A DNA stretch of 31,691 nt from Cyanophora paradoxa CCMP329. Taxonomy: Eukaryota > Plantae > Glaucophyta. Both the position numbers and the translations under genes were made by a program. Positions 22,430-31,691 of this stretch are shown piece by piece. Every line of letters begins with the position of its first letter. Within the stretch, counting starts at the first letter, position 1. The DNA lies in NCBI GenBank assembly GCA_004431415.1, contig QPMI01000552.1:1-31691 (forward strand), given 5' to 3'. The notes beneath the pieces are model-generated. The model was not told the origin of the DNA, did no database searches, and worked only from the letters and a program-made list of their open reading frames with translations.

Positions 22430-23275
22430 TCTTTAAACTCAACTGTGAGTTCCCTTATCACCAGGTTTCGTCATTTATCTGAATGAATTCTGCATGCTCA
22501 CCACTATGGTAAACATAGCCACCTATATCTTACTCAATTGTAATCTAAGGATAGCCCCTGGTTATGTGGTTGCGATTTCGGAATTATATTGTGTCTGCTG
22601 GCAAAGGGGCTAGCTCTTTAATATGCATGTACAGATACTGCTCAGCATTCATATCAGACATCTTCCTGCTGTCAAAATAATATTGCAAGGCTTTGAGAGA
22701 GTCTGGGTCCTGAGAAGGTGATTCCCCATGCTGGGTGATCAGGTGTAATAGGTTTACCATCATACTTTAAAAGGTTCTCAGGTCGATATGGAGATCCACC
22801 AACAGGAGGAGTGCTATAATACCCATTGGTGTATTCAGTAGAACTTACACCCAAAAGCTTCCCGATTCGATTGTTGCTTGCAATAAAACGAAACTCATGA
22901 TTACTGTAAAACTCCACTTTATAGGTGTTGGTTGTAGAATATCTTGAACTCAAAAACTACAGTTTTGTCTGCAATTGTTTTGAAGCTTGAATAGTTCAGC
23001 CCATAATTATAAGGGTGTGTTACCCCAAAATGACCTGATTGATGTAGCCACTGGGAAGGGATACACTTGTGTGTGATCATTGTTATGAACCATCTTGGTA
23101 ATTAAACTGAACTGTTAGATGATCAGTTCCCACACTGTTATAGATACTGTTGGAATCTCTGCATATAGAACCCTCATTCCCTTGGTCTCTCTACTGGAGT
23201 TGTGAGGGTGACCCTGTAAGAGTTTTCAATTCTCCTTGGCTTCTATCCCTGCTATCAATATTAACAGCGATTCAT
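22364..23275 (-). CDS. Minor capsid (penton)-like protein A, frameshifted
   Basis: N-terminal VNIDSRDRS...YRVTL...MRVLYAEIP and C-terminal IRELTVEFKDYFGELIDMNGIDNSFS, typical of PLV single-jelly-roll pentons. Confidence 0.7.
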
Positions 23276-23304
23276 TTTAATATATAAATATAGATAAAAG
23301 AAGA

Positions 23305-24307
23305 ATGCCTGTGGATTACATCGAGGTTAGCTCATTTAATACAATCTCTGGTGATGGTCCCACATCAAGCTTTGTGGCTAGACTCCCCAGTAGTTATGAG
23401 AATGTGAGGGCTGTGAGACTGGTCTCAGCCGAATTTTATAACAGTATCCCTATGGTGAGTGGTGAAACCAAAGCAGGAGATGTGACAGTTGACAATGCAT
23501 TTAGCATTTATTATTCTGAACAAACTCCTGGAGCTGGAAGCTCAGGAATTCCAACAGTTCGCCAGCTGCTGACTATGAACAATGGAAACAATTCATTATA
23601 AGTCGAAACACCCCATCCAAAGCACCAGCAACTGGTGAATGTAATTAACTCTAAATTCGAAGGCAGAAATCCCCAACCATCCATTCGCTGCAAATGGGAT
23701 GAATCACTGAAACGAATTATATTCCACTCAGCAGTACCATTTTACTTGGCTTTCTCAGTAGCTGTGAACCCAAGCCAACAAACAATCCAAAAGCTGTTGA
23801 GTTCAGCTAGACTGCTGGTCTTGATCCTGGAAGATATGGTAACTCCCCAATCCAATCACAGGTCTATGATGCTCTCACTGATGGAATCTTTACTGGTGGT
23901 CGCGTGAATGGCATTATATCTTCTTTTGAGCCTGAGAAGACCAGGACAGTGTTTTGTTTGTGAGAGTAAAGGAGCTGGGTGATCTGGTGCAATGTGGGGA
24001 TGGTCTTCTGACTGGTTACTTTCACAAAATAGTGGTCCCTGATAAAGACTATGGTGAGCATGTTGTTTACAATTCAACAGAAGCTCACCCACTTTACAAA
24101 TACTATAATAAAAAGGTTGGATTATCCACTTTCTCGGTTGATATTGTAATGCTATAATGAACCAATTGATTTTGAGGGTCAACCTGTTCATCTGACCTTT
24201 GAAATTCGCTATGGTGATGAGCCAGCTGGGGACCCAGTTTATGAATACTTCAAGATGCGAATGTCACAGCTTCACCTTCCTATCCAGTTATTACAAACTT
24301 CGCATAA
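23305..24307 (+). CDS. Minor capsid (penton)-like protein B, frameshifted
   Basis: IEVSS...SSFVARLPSSYENVRAVRLVSAEFYNS at the N-terminus and LSTFSVDIV...EPIDFEGQPVHLTFEI at the C-terminus. Confidence 0.7.
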
Positions 24308-24359
24308 ATTAAGGATCATTGGTAGATTTTTATGTTGCAGTATAATAAAAGAGAATATA

Positions 24360-25694
24360 ATGGATATCACTTCCACTCTTCAAAGACTTTCGCTGAAAGA
24401 GCCCTAACAACCCCAGAAGAGGCGAAAGCCTTTTTCCTGGATAACTCCCTTATGCTTGGTCTCGAATCCAAGTCTAAGCCAGTTCTAGTTGTTGTGAATC
24501 CCAGCAATACTTTTGAGAATAATGTTGGAAATCGCATTTCCTTCAAGCTACCTCGCTACAATTTCTGTGGAAAACTCGAACTTGCTTTCGACCTTCCAGC
24601 CATCACGTTTGCTGGTGATACTGACCTAGTTCGCAATGGATACACTCGCCCAGTTGGTGCTTTAGTTCAGCGACTTGAAATTACCTATGGATCTTACACC
24701 TACCATATTCCATCTGATTTCCTTGCTCATTTCCCCTGGTCTATATTCGGAGGATCAACTAGCTAAAAGAAGCGATCAATGGGCATGGTTCATGGCATCC
24801 TGCTCATGGAACCAACCGCCTTGGTGGCTCATTCTTTGTTGAAATTCCTGTGCCTTGGCTAAATCACTACCTTCCCCTTGGTGCTTTATCTGTGAAATGG
24901 TTGTTACTGTTTGGTTAAGGATGCTGATAAGGGTTATGTTGAAACTCCTATGGTGGTCGTGAACTCACACTGCTGTTGGAACTGTTGATGCAACGCTGAT
25001 GATGGTCTTGGAAACTTCACAGATGGAACTCTTCCATGTTGGTCAAAACATCACAGTTTTAATCTTGGTGCAACAACCCTGGTATTCAATTACTCTCCTC
25101 GCCTTTACATGCATGCTGTTAATGTTTCTGATGAGCTTTTCGCTACTGTAATTGAAAAGGTAAGACTACTGGCATGGCTATTCCTCCTTGATATTGGATT
25201 TGTAGATGCTAGTGCTTTCCTGCCAAGGCAATGCCCACCCAATCGAATTAACCTCTCTCAAATCTCAGGTCTGGTTTATGCTCTGCTTGTTCAGTTCGTG
25301 ATAATGCAACTGTTGATAAATCCACTGGCTCCACAGTGTTCTTAAGACCTATGCCAACTCAAAAGAGATAACATTTCAACTGAAATAAATGGTCAGCGAC
25401 TTTTTTGCACTGAGCCAATTTCCCTACTCAAAGGTGCTGAGCTAATTGCTGATGCCTTCAAATGCTCTAACATGGATAAGGTTGCTGATCGCTATGTCCT
25501 TTCAGGACTCCCATTCTGCCTTGATGGAGAAAGGCAATTCGAAATATTGCTCAAGTGGATGTTGATGACAAATTCCTCCTCTTCATTCCTCACCCTCTAC
25601 ATGCCTTCAGATAAGGTAATCGATGTTAATGTTCGCGCTCTCATGCATAGTTTCATAATTTTGGACAAAGATGGATTACGTCGTATAAATTTAG
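24360..25694 (+). CDS. Double jelly-roll major capsid protein, frameshifted
   Basis: About 440 codons between penton and ATPase. GNRISFKLPRY..CGKLELAFDLP and FFVEIPVPW...YLPLGAL motifs parallel DJR capsid motifs; beta-rich C-terminus VNVRALMHSFIILDKDG. Confidence 0.75.
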
Positions 25695-25756
25695 ATTTAC
25701 ATATTCAGTCTCCCTGCATTATTTTTATCTGTCTTTATTTAGAAAGATATACAACA

Positions 25757-26360
25757 ATGAATGATTTGGATGAATTTGTGCTGGTGAAATGATAGAACCA
25801 CCATTTCGTGTACTGGCAATAGGAAAATCAGCAACTGGTAAATCAGAAGCTGTAAAGTATTGGTTAAAGCAGTTGCATGATGCCAAAAAGATTGATGTTG
25901 TATTAGTTGTGAGTGGAACCAGCTTCAATCATTTCTGGGATAAAGTGCAACATGCAACTGGGAAAATGGGATGCCCTTACATTTCTAAATTGCTAGATGA
26001 AGGCAAGAGAAAATAGAAAAAGGCGAACCTGTTAACCAGTTATGTGTGGTTTTAGATGATTTAATCGATAATGAATAGTCGATTGACCAGGATAAAATAA
26101 TAGGATCTCTGTATTCGCTGGGCCATCGAAAATATCCATTTTGCATAACTCAAAAAAAGCGTAAGTCTCTTCGACATTCGAGTTAATTCGGACTATGCTA
26201 TGTTTTTAAGTGCTGCAAATCGCAAAGAACTGGAAGCCATAGAGGAAGAATACAATATAATGCGAAATAAAGAGGATTTTACAAGATGTTTGAAGAGTAT
26301 GTTCACTCCTATCAGTATATTATTTGGTCCTCTGCAAACTACTCAGTTAAATACTTGTAG
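25757..26360 (+). CDS. A32-like (FtsK/HerA superfamily) genome-packaging ATPase, frameshifted
   Basis: PFRVLAIGKSATGKS Walker A, CVVLDD Walker B, then H..ISI..ITQ and IRVNSDY motifs in shifted frames; TAG at 26358-26360. Confidence 0.88.
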
Positions 26361-26548
26361 ATAAAGCTGAGCTTGTGAAAGATTTCCCATTTCCTCGCTT
26401 CCACAGAAAGCCAAAAAAGAAAGAAGATGAACTGAAACCACCAGAGAAAGAGGAAGCCCCTAAAGAAGTGAAAAGCCAAGTCCATAGCAATAAATTGATG
26501 AGATATAACGCGGTTTATAAAATTATCTCTCATTCTAATAAAGATACA

Positions 26549-27282
26549 ATGCCTCCCAAACGAAAAATAGGGATCCCAGCTGGGGCTGTTGGCTATTCAG
26601 GTGGTGGAAACAATGGATCCATTAACACTGAACCACTGAAATTCAATGGTATGAATGAGGTGAAGCCCTCACAACAACAAGAAGACCCCCTCAATGCTGC
26701 CTATGAGAATCATTCGATGACAAAGCCCACAGGCTTCAAACCAGTGACCAACTCAACATCTCACCTGAGACAGCAAAGATGAAGTCTGTTGCTGAGGGTG
26801 CCAGGCGAATTATTGGTGCTGCTGATGATAAAGGTCTAGGCTTGCAAGATCTTTCACTGGCTCGCAAAGGTGAAGGTCTTAGTAAGGAATCAGACAAGGT
26901 AATCCAGTCTATGGCTGGTGAAGTCACATATAAGACTGCTCCCACTCAAAATATTCATCGAATTCCCAAAGCTCAATGGGATGAGATGACTGCTAAACTC
27001 AAAGATCTGGAAGCCAAATCAAGTGCCTTGGAGCAGTATGTTACTGAGAAGAAAGAGAGAGCCAAGCTAAAGGAGATGCTTCGAAAGGAAGTATTCAAAA
27101 TGGGTATCACTGGTGTCCCAGATAAACAGTTTATTGCTAAGAAAGAGAACCAAATCGATGAGCAGGCAGTAGATGAAATGAAAACAAAGACCCAGAAGGG
27201 AACTATTGAACCTGGTGCCACCAAAGCTGAAGTAGAAAAGGGAGTAGCCCCAACAGTATATAAAAGACGAGTTTGGCTTTAA
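26549..27282 (+). CDS. Hypothetical Lys-rich protein (two ORFs probably one gene; possible virion core protein)
   Basis: Starts MPPKRK after a TAATAAAG leader; ORFs 26375-26782 and 26779-27282 overlap by 4 nt; predicted coiled-coil segment. Confidence 0.5.
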
Positions 27283-27329
27283 TTTCTCTGTTTTATTAGA
27301 GACATGGATATAATACGAAAGTTTTCGAG

Positions 27330-27575
27330 ATGCTCAGTCTGCATGTGGTGAGCAATTGCCACAGTGGATGCTGTGACACAACAATAGAGTTTGAGATGTC
27401 AGATACTGAGGATAATGCCTCAGAAGCAAGAGAGAGAAGGAGATCAACAGTTTCTGTGGAGTCAATGCCAGCAGACCCCACAGAGTATACATATGAGCAA
27501 CAGGAGTATCCAAGGAGAAGTTCTCTGCCAGCAGAAAACGTTTTCTCTGGGAATATAAATGGAGGACACTATTAG
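27330..27575 (+). CDS. Hypothetical small acidic protein
   Basis: Intact ATG ORF in a gene-dense region; no recognised motif. Confidence 0.35.
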   Translation: MLSLHVVSNCHSGCCDTTIEFEMSDTEDNASEARERRRSTVSVESMPADPTEYTYEQQEYPRRSSLPAENVFSGNINGGHY

Positions 27576-27846
27576 TTTAATCGAGTTTACCAGTGATGAA
27601 CCTGTTACTGAGGGGTCTATAGACACATTCTGGCAAATGCAGAAACGATATAGAGAGACCCAGCATATAGAGAGTATAAAAACAACAAGCCCTGGCATCC
27701 TATTATCGCAGAAAAGCCCAAAAAAGAGGAGCAGAGACCCAGAGGGAGACCGATTAAATATTATTTGCCAACTGAAAGTAGCAATGGACCCCCAGGTCTA
27801 TAAGATAGAGAAAAGCGGTCTCAGTATGCTACTGAGGCAGCTATAA
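27559..27846 (+). CDS. Hypothetical protein
   Basis: ATG ORF preceded by ATATAA; no recognised motif. Confidence 0.4.
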   Translation: MEDTISLIEFTSDEPVTEGSIDTFWQMQKRYRETQHIESIKTTSPGILLSQKSPKKRSRDPEGDRLNIICQLKVAMDPQVYKIEKSGLSMLLRQL

Positions 27847-28166
27847 AAATATATACAAAGGAATTGGCTTATACTTGCAATCAAGTCACAGATAACTTTT
27901 GTAAATATGCTTTTGTGTTTTTTGTTTGCATTCTCAGACACTGAACTGTTATGTGAATGTTTACTGATCTATTCCTCTTTGGTTTTGCTGCATACAATTG
28001 TAACCTATCAATCTCTGACATTTCGATATATGCCCCAATATCTCCATGTTGAATGCATTTATCTAACTCATCATGGTCATCTCTTCAAGAGCCTTTGCCA
28101 TTTTGTCTTCACTATACACAATCAAGTAAGCCTTAAGTATCTTGTCAAATTTTGGTCTTTTTCGAT

Positions 28167-28260
28167 AGGTGTCACAGGTGTTCACAGGTTTTTATCGTCC
28201 CCTGGTCATTTTTCGTTTTATAGCCCCCTAGATGGGATGGACCTGTGACACCTGTGAACA
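28167..28260. repeat. Inverted iteron pairs downstream of the primase-helicase; candidate replication origin
   Basis: AGGTGTCACAGGTGTTCACAGGT (28167-28189) faces ACCTGTGACACCTGTGAACA (28241-28260) across a 51-bp spacer. Confidence 0.65.
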
Positions 28261-28319
28261 ACACCATTTCCAGTAAGGCTATAAAATTACATATACATTT
28301 CAATCATAAATCGTTTTGT

Positions 28320-30635
28320 TTAATATTCGACATCCTCTCCATTGTCTTCTTGAACCCTTGTTATCTTTCGAAGTCCAATGTAGCCCTTGCTCTGGTTCCC
28401 TGAATTCTTTTAACCTCTGATTTCACATTGAAGATTTCCCTTACTCTCTTCATCACAGAAACACATTCAACTTTATCATCGACACTTCTGTATGATTTGT
28501 AAATGGTATCACTCGAAACAAAGTCGTTTGCATTGTGGGTTACTTCGAAATTATCCCTAAGCCATTCACCAATCTTATCATTTTCAGCTATAAAGTTTAT
28601 CCCTTGTTCAATAATCGATTGAGGGGATTTCTTAAGATCTCTTCAACCTCTTTGTTCTTCCACATATCCAGTAATATCTTCATGTGAGCCATCTTATACT
28701 CATCATCATTGTGTAGAAGTGTGAACAGAGTTGGGTCAGCTTTCTTTGACCAGCTTCTGGCTTCTCTCTGAAAATATTGTTAAATCTCTGGTATGAAAGC
28801 CTTCTTTGAATTGCAAAGTCTGGTTTGTTATAGTCAAATTGTCATTGGTTGTAATGTAGACTTGAAACATTGGAGTAAGGATAACTGGATCTTTGAACAA
28901 GGCTCTCACAGTCATTTCATTTCCACCTGTGACCTCCTTAATTTTGGAGATTTGCAGTTTATCACCATCTTCAGCCTCATTACTGAATACAAGTCGCTTT
29001 CCCAGGAGTTTGGCAAGTTCAGGGGTAGCATCTGATGAGTTCTTCTTAGGTTTGGTCCAATAGGATATTTCGAGAGGGCTGTAATAAGCCCCAGATATCT
29101 GTTTGCAGTATTCCTGAACAAGTGATTTACCATTAGCACCAGCACCAGTCCACATGTAGAACTTCTGTGATTTTGTTGATCCACTCAAAGCAATTGCAAT
29201 AGATGCCAGAAGATAGTTTCGCTCTGCTGGATCATCTACAATCTCTCTATAAATCTGATTGAGATGCTCCACTTCTTGGGTCTACATTCTCAGTATAATC
29301 ATAACCCACACTCTTGCTCACCATGTCTTCCAGTTTACCCTTTCTGAAAGTCATAGTTGTCAGATCAAATACACCATTATCGAATCCAATACATATGGAA
29401 CTGTATCAATCTTCTCGTATAAACTCATCATCATTTAGCAGAGGGAGCAGATCAGTCAGAAGGGATTTGCGATATCCTGATTGTTTAAGATTTTTGGCAA
29501 TAGAAATTAATGTTTTCGATTTTCTTCGAAAGCTGTTCTATTCTCTTCATCCTTCAAAGCTCTTTGGCTATAATGCACAGCCCTGCCAAGGTATTGAGGG
29601 ACAACAAGGCAACTAATGTCTAGGTAAATCTTTTGGTTTGTGTCATCATGCTCCCAAATCCCAGTATCAGTATTGAGTTTGAACCATGACTTTTTGGAGT
29701 ATCTCAAGTGTGTTGTAGGACCTCTTTGCACACAAGACTGACATCATAATGAGCGCCTCCAGAGCCAGCGGATTTATCAATGAGATTGAAGATATCAGAT
29801 TGCATTCCAATGAAGATAAATCGTTTTTTGCAATTGCCACTGTAGCTGGACACAATATACTTTTTATCTTCTCCTTTGGCTTTCATAACATACCAGTTAT
29901 TCGATCATGGGAACCATTGCAGCATGGGCAATTGAGTCCCTTATTAGCAGCATCAAAGCTAAAGCCAAGTTCAGTTTTAGAGATTATATTGGGATGCATA
30001 AAGCCCATATCCACCAGCTCTTTAAGAATACTCTTTTCCAGTTCATCATTTGAGCTAGCACTAGCAGTATACTCACTCTTATAGATATAGTTCTCTGCAA
30101 TCCACTTTTTAAACTCATCAGTAGGCTCATTGAAATCACAGGTATCATCCCATGGAGCAATTACCCAGGTCTTGTTGACACTGGGACAAACATTAATTAA
30201 TCCAGAAGTTCCAGTTCCAGTGATTGTTTTCAGGTCAACCTTTTCAAGCCTTTAAAGCCTGGAGCCTTATCGGTAATTTTGAGTTTAGTGAACTCCTCAG
30301 GTCGTTTGAAGTAGACATGATAGCCTTTTTTAGTTTTTGCCATGGGCTGATTGCATCAAAGTCATCAGGAAACATATCTCGGAATTTCTCAAAGTCTCTC
30401 CTCATCATCAAAGTCAATACCATCATGTGTTCTGAGAGCAGAATGCCCCAAGATACATACTGATTAGTTGCCAGCGCTTCCTCATACTTTTCCCAGGACC
30501 AAGCACCTCCCTTATGCTTGAAACAGGGTCTTTGCTGTCAGGTTTCACTGGGATAATCATGTTTTTGGCTAGATCCTCATCAGATCTGAGCCAGTTAGCG
30601 AGCGATTTGAGCGATTTAGTCTGTTTGGCGTTCAT
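28320..30635 (-). CDS. Primase-helicase: N-terminal Prim-Pol/AEP-like domain, Cys/His linker and D5-like SF3 helicase, frameshifted
   Basis: IIPV...K.P, WGILL, T.KGYHVYF, VDLKT (Prim-Pol like); CPCC...HD; KFYMWTGAGANGKS Walker A; PELAKLLGKRLVFSNE; IKEVTGGNEMTVRALF. Confidence 0.9.
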
Positions 30636-30656
30636 TTTCAGCGATCGGGGTCCCTT

Positions 30657-30690
30657 TTAATATATAGAAGATTTTTCTTTAAGTAGTTTT
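30657..30690 (-). promoter_or_regulatory. Putative promoter motif AAAA..A.TTAAAGAA-N-TATATATTAA upstream of the primase-helicase
   Basis: Minus strand AAAACTACTTAAAGAAAAATCTTCTATATATTAA; near-copy at 31111-31145. Confidence 0.5.
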
Positions 30691-30741
30691 GGGTCCCCCA
30701 ATCATTTTTTGTTGGAAATCGAGAAAGTATCCCTACGAAAT

Positions 30742-31094
30742 TTATCCACATGATATATCGAGTGGTTCAGATACAAAAACGATAAAGTAGTATTTCAGCG
30801 AATAAACAGCATATCCCCTAGTAATATGCTGGGAAAAATAATTTAGACATGTTTCGATTTTCTCCTGATTTGAGTAAGGGACATCATACAAATACTTGAC
30901 AAAGCAGACTGCATTGGCTGCATACTTTCGCTGACATGAACTGGCTATTTTCATGGCTCTATAAGTATCATCATTGTTATATAGATCTCTTAGCTGTGTG
31001 GCTATTTTTTCGTTAAACTTTTGATTTGAGCCTTACCTTTTTCAGTTTGCTGATATCTCTTCATAGCTCTCTTCTGGGCTTCACTGAGTGGCAT
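30742..31094 (-). CDS. Small basic hypothetical protein (possible DNA-binding regulator), frameshifted
   Basis: MPLSEAQKRAMKRYQQTEKGKAQIK joined to ORF 30742-30954; preceded by the shared promoter-like motif. Confidence 0.55.
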
Positions 31095-31110
31095 TTTTCC
31101 TCTGTCTCTC

Positions 31111-31145
31111 TTAATATATATAGAGAATTCTTTAAATCATTTTTT
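31111..31145 (-). promoter_or_regulatory. Second copy of the putative promoter motif
   Basis: Minus strand AAAAATGATTTAAAGAATTCTCTATATATATTAA, 16 nt upstream of the ATG at 31094. Confidence 0.5.
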
Positions 31146-31150
31146 GTTCT

Positions 31151-31691
31151 CTAACCTCTTTGTCCAAATCGCTCAATATACATTAGTTTGAAATGCTTAC
31201 CTAGCAATGCTACAAATGGTTCGATTTCCAAGGTCTCCCATGTTTTCTTGTCCTTATTCCATCTGCAATCTAGTCCTTTTGCAATATCCTTTTGAGATAT
31301 GGCACCTGAAACCCAGCAACCAATGTATTTGTTGTACTGAGTTCTGCATACATTTCAATCAATGCAGATCTGCCCTCTCTGAACCTCTCTATATCATCTC
31401 TGCGAAGATTATCCATTTTCGGAATAAATTGGTTGCACCAAATCAGGAAAAGATTAACTGCATGTTTTTCCTTGCTCTTTCTTGTTCTAATTCTCTCTGT
31501 CTTCGCTCTCTTTCTTCTAATTCAAAGCTGCCTCTTTCGAGCTTCCTCTTGTTTTTCAAGTTCTCTTTTTCTTTCCAGTTCTTCTTGCTTTAAAGCGATT
31601 CTGCACTTATTACAGAAATTATCCTTTCGGTTTTTATGCCGATCTCCACATCTTTCACATATATCTTGACCTCTGGCACCCTTTGGAATAA
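31151..31691 (-). CDS. Partial protein with Cys4 Zn finger, coiled coil and DUF5710-like C-terminus (5' end outside window)
   Basis: CERCGDRHKNRKDNFCNKCR, an E/R/K-rich helix, then VPY..KDIAKGLDCRWNKDKKTW. Confidence 0.55.

Larger units (their letters stand above)
10625..31691. mobile_element. Endogenous Polinton-like virus / virophage-like DNA virus (left end present, right end beyond window)
   Basis: Abrupt GC-rich to AT-rich switch at ~10,625. Dense genes include a DJR major capsid, two penton-like genes, an A32-like ATPase, a D5-like primase-helicase and fibre genes. Confidence 0.9.

Noticed and set aside
27860-28248. ORF 27907-28248 (+) and a possible short minus-strand gene starting MAKALEEM
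   Set aside because: The plus ORF looks like an antisense shadow and overlaps the iteron site; the minus candidate is short, broken and has no motif.
10625-31691. Bacterial prophage or giant-virus fragment
   Set aside because: No terminase, portal or HK97 capsid, and no NCLDV polymerase or transcription genes. The compact MCP-penton-A32 set fits a PLV despite the phage-like fibres.

Overview
The window has two parts. (1) 1-~10,625 is very GC-rich eukaryotic host DNA. It holds the disordered C-terminal tail of a probable nuclear protein, an F-box/LRR-like gene with a GT-AG intron, a divergent multi-exon coiled-coil gene, and a dense cluster of TA-flanked MITEs (6.9-10.2 kb). (2) From ~10,625 to the right edge (at least 21 kb, right end not in window) is an abruptly AT-rich, gene-dense endogenous Polinton-like virus (PLV)/virophage-type element with no introns evident. 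It begins with a perfect 32-bp-arm hairpin and subterminal repeats. It encodes a pyruvoyl-type AdoMet decarboxylase homolog, four paralogous short fibre-like genes (two ending in C1q heads), a ~4.3-kb phage-like long fibre, a patatin-discoidin fusion, two head-to-head penton-like genes, a double-jelly-roll major capsid protein, an A32-like packaging ATPase and a Prim-Pol/D5 primase-helicase. Almost all genes, host and viral, are broken by 1-bp indels, most likely long-read errors, so coordinates are hand-joined and approximate. Unexpected signal: CpG in the viral part is strongly depleted and almost all survivors sit in TCG/CGA context, except in the C1q fibre modules. All protein calls come from motif recognition by eye; no searches were run.
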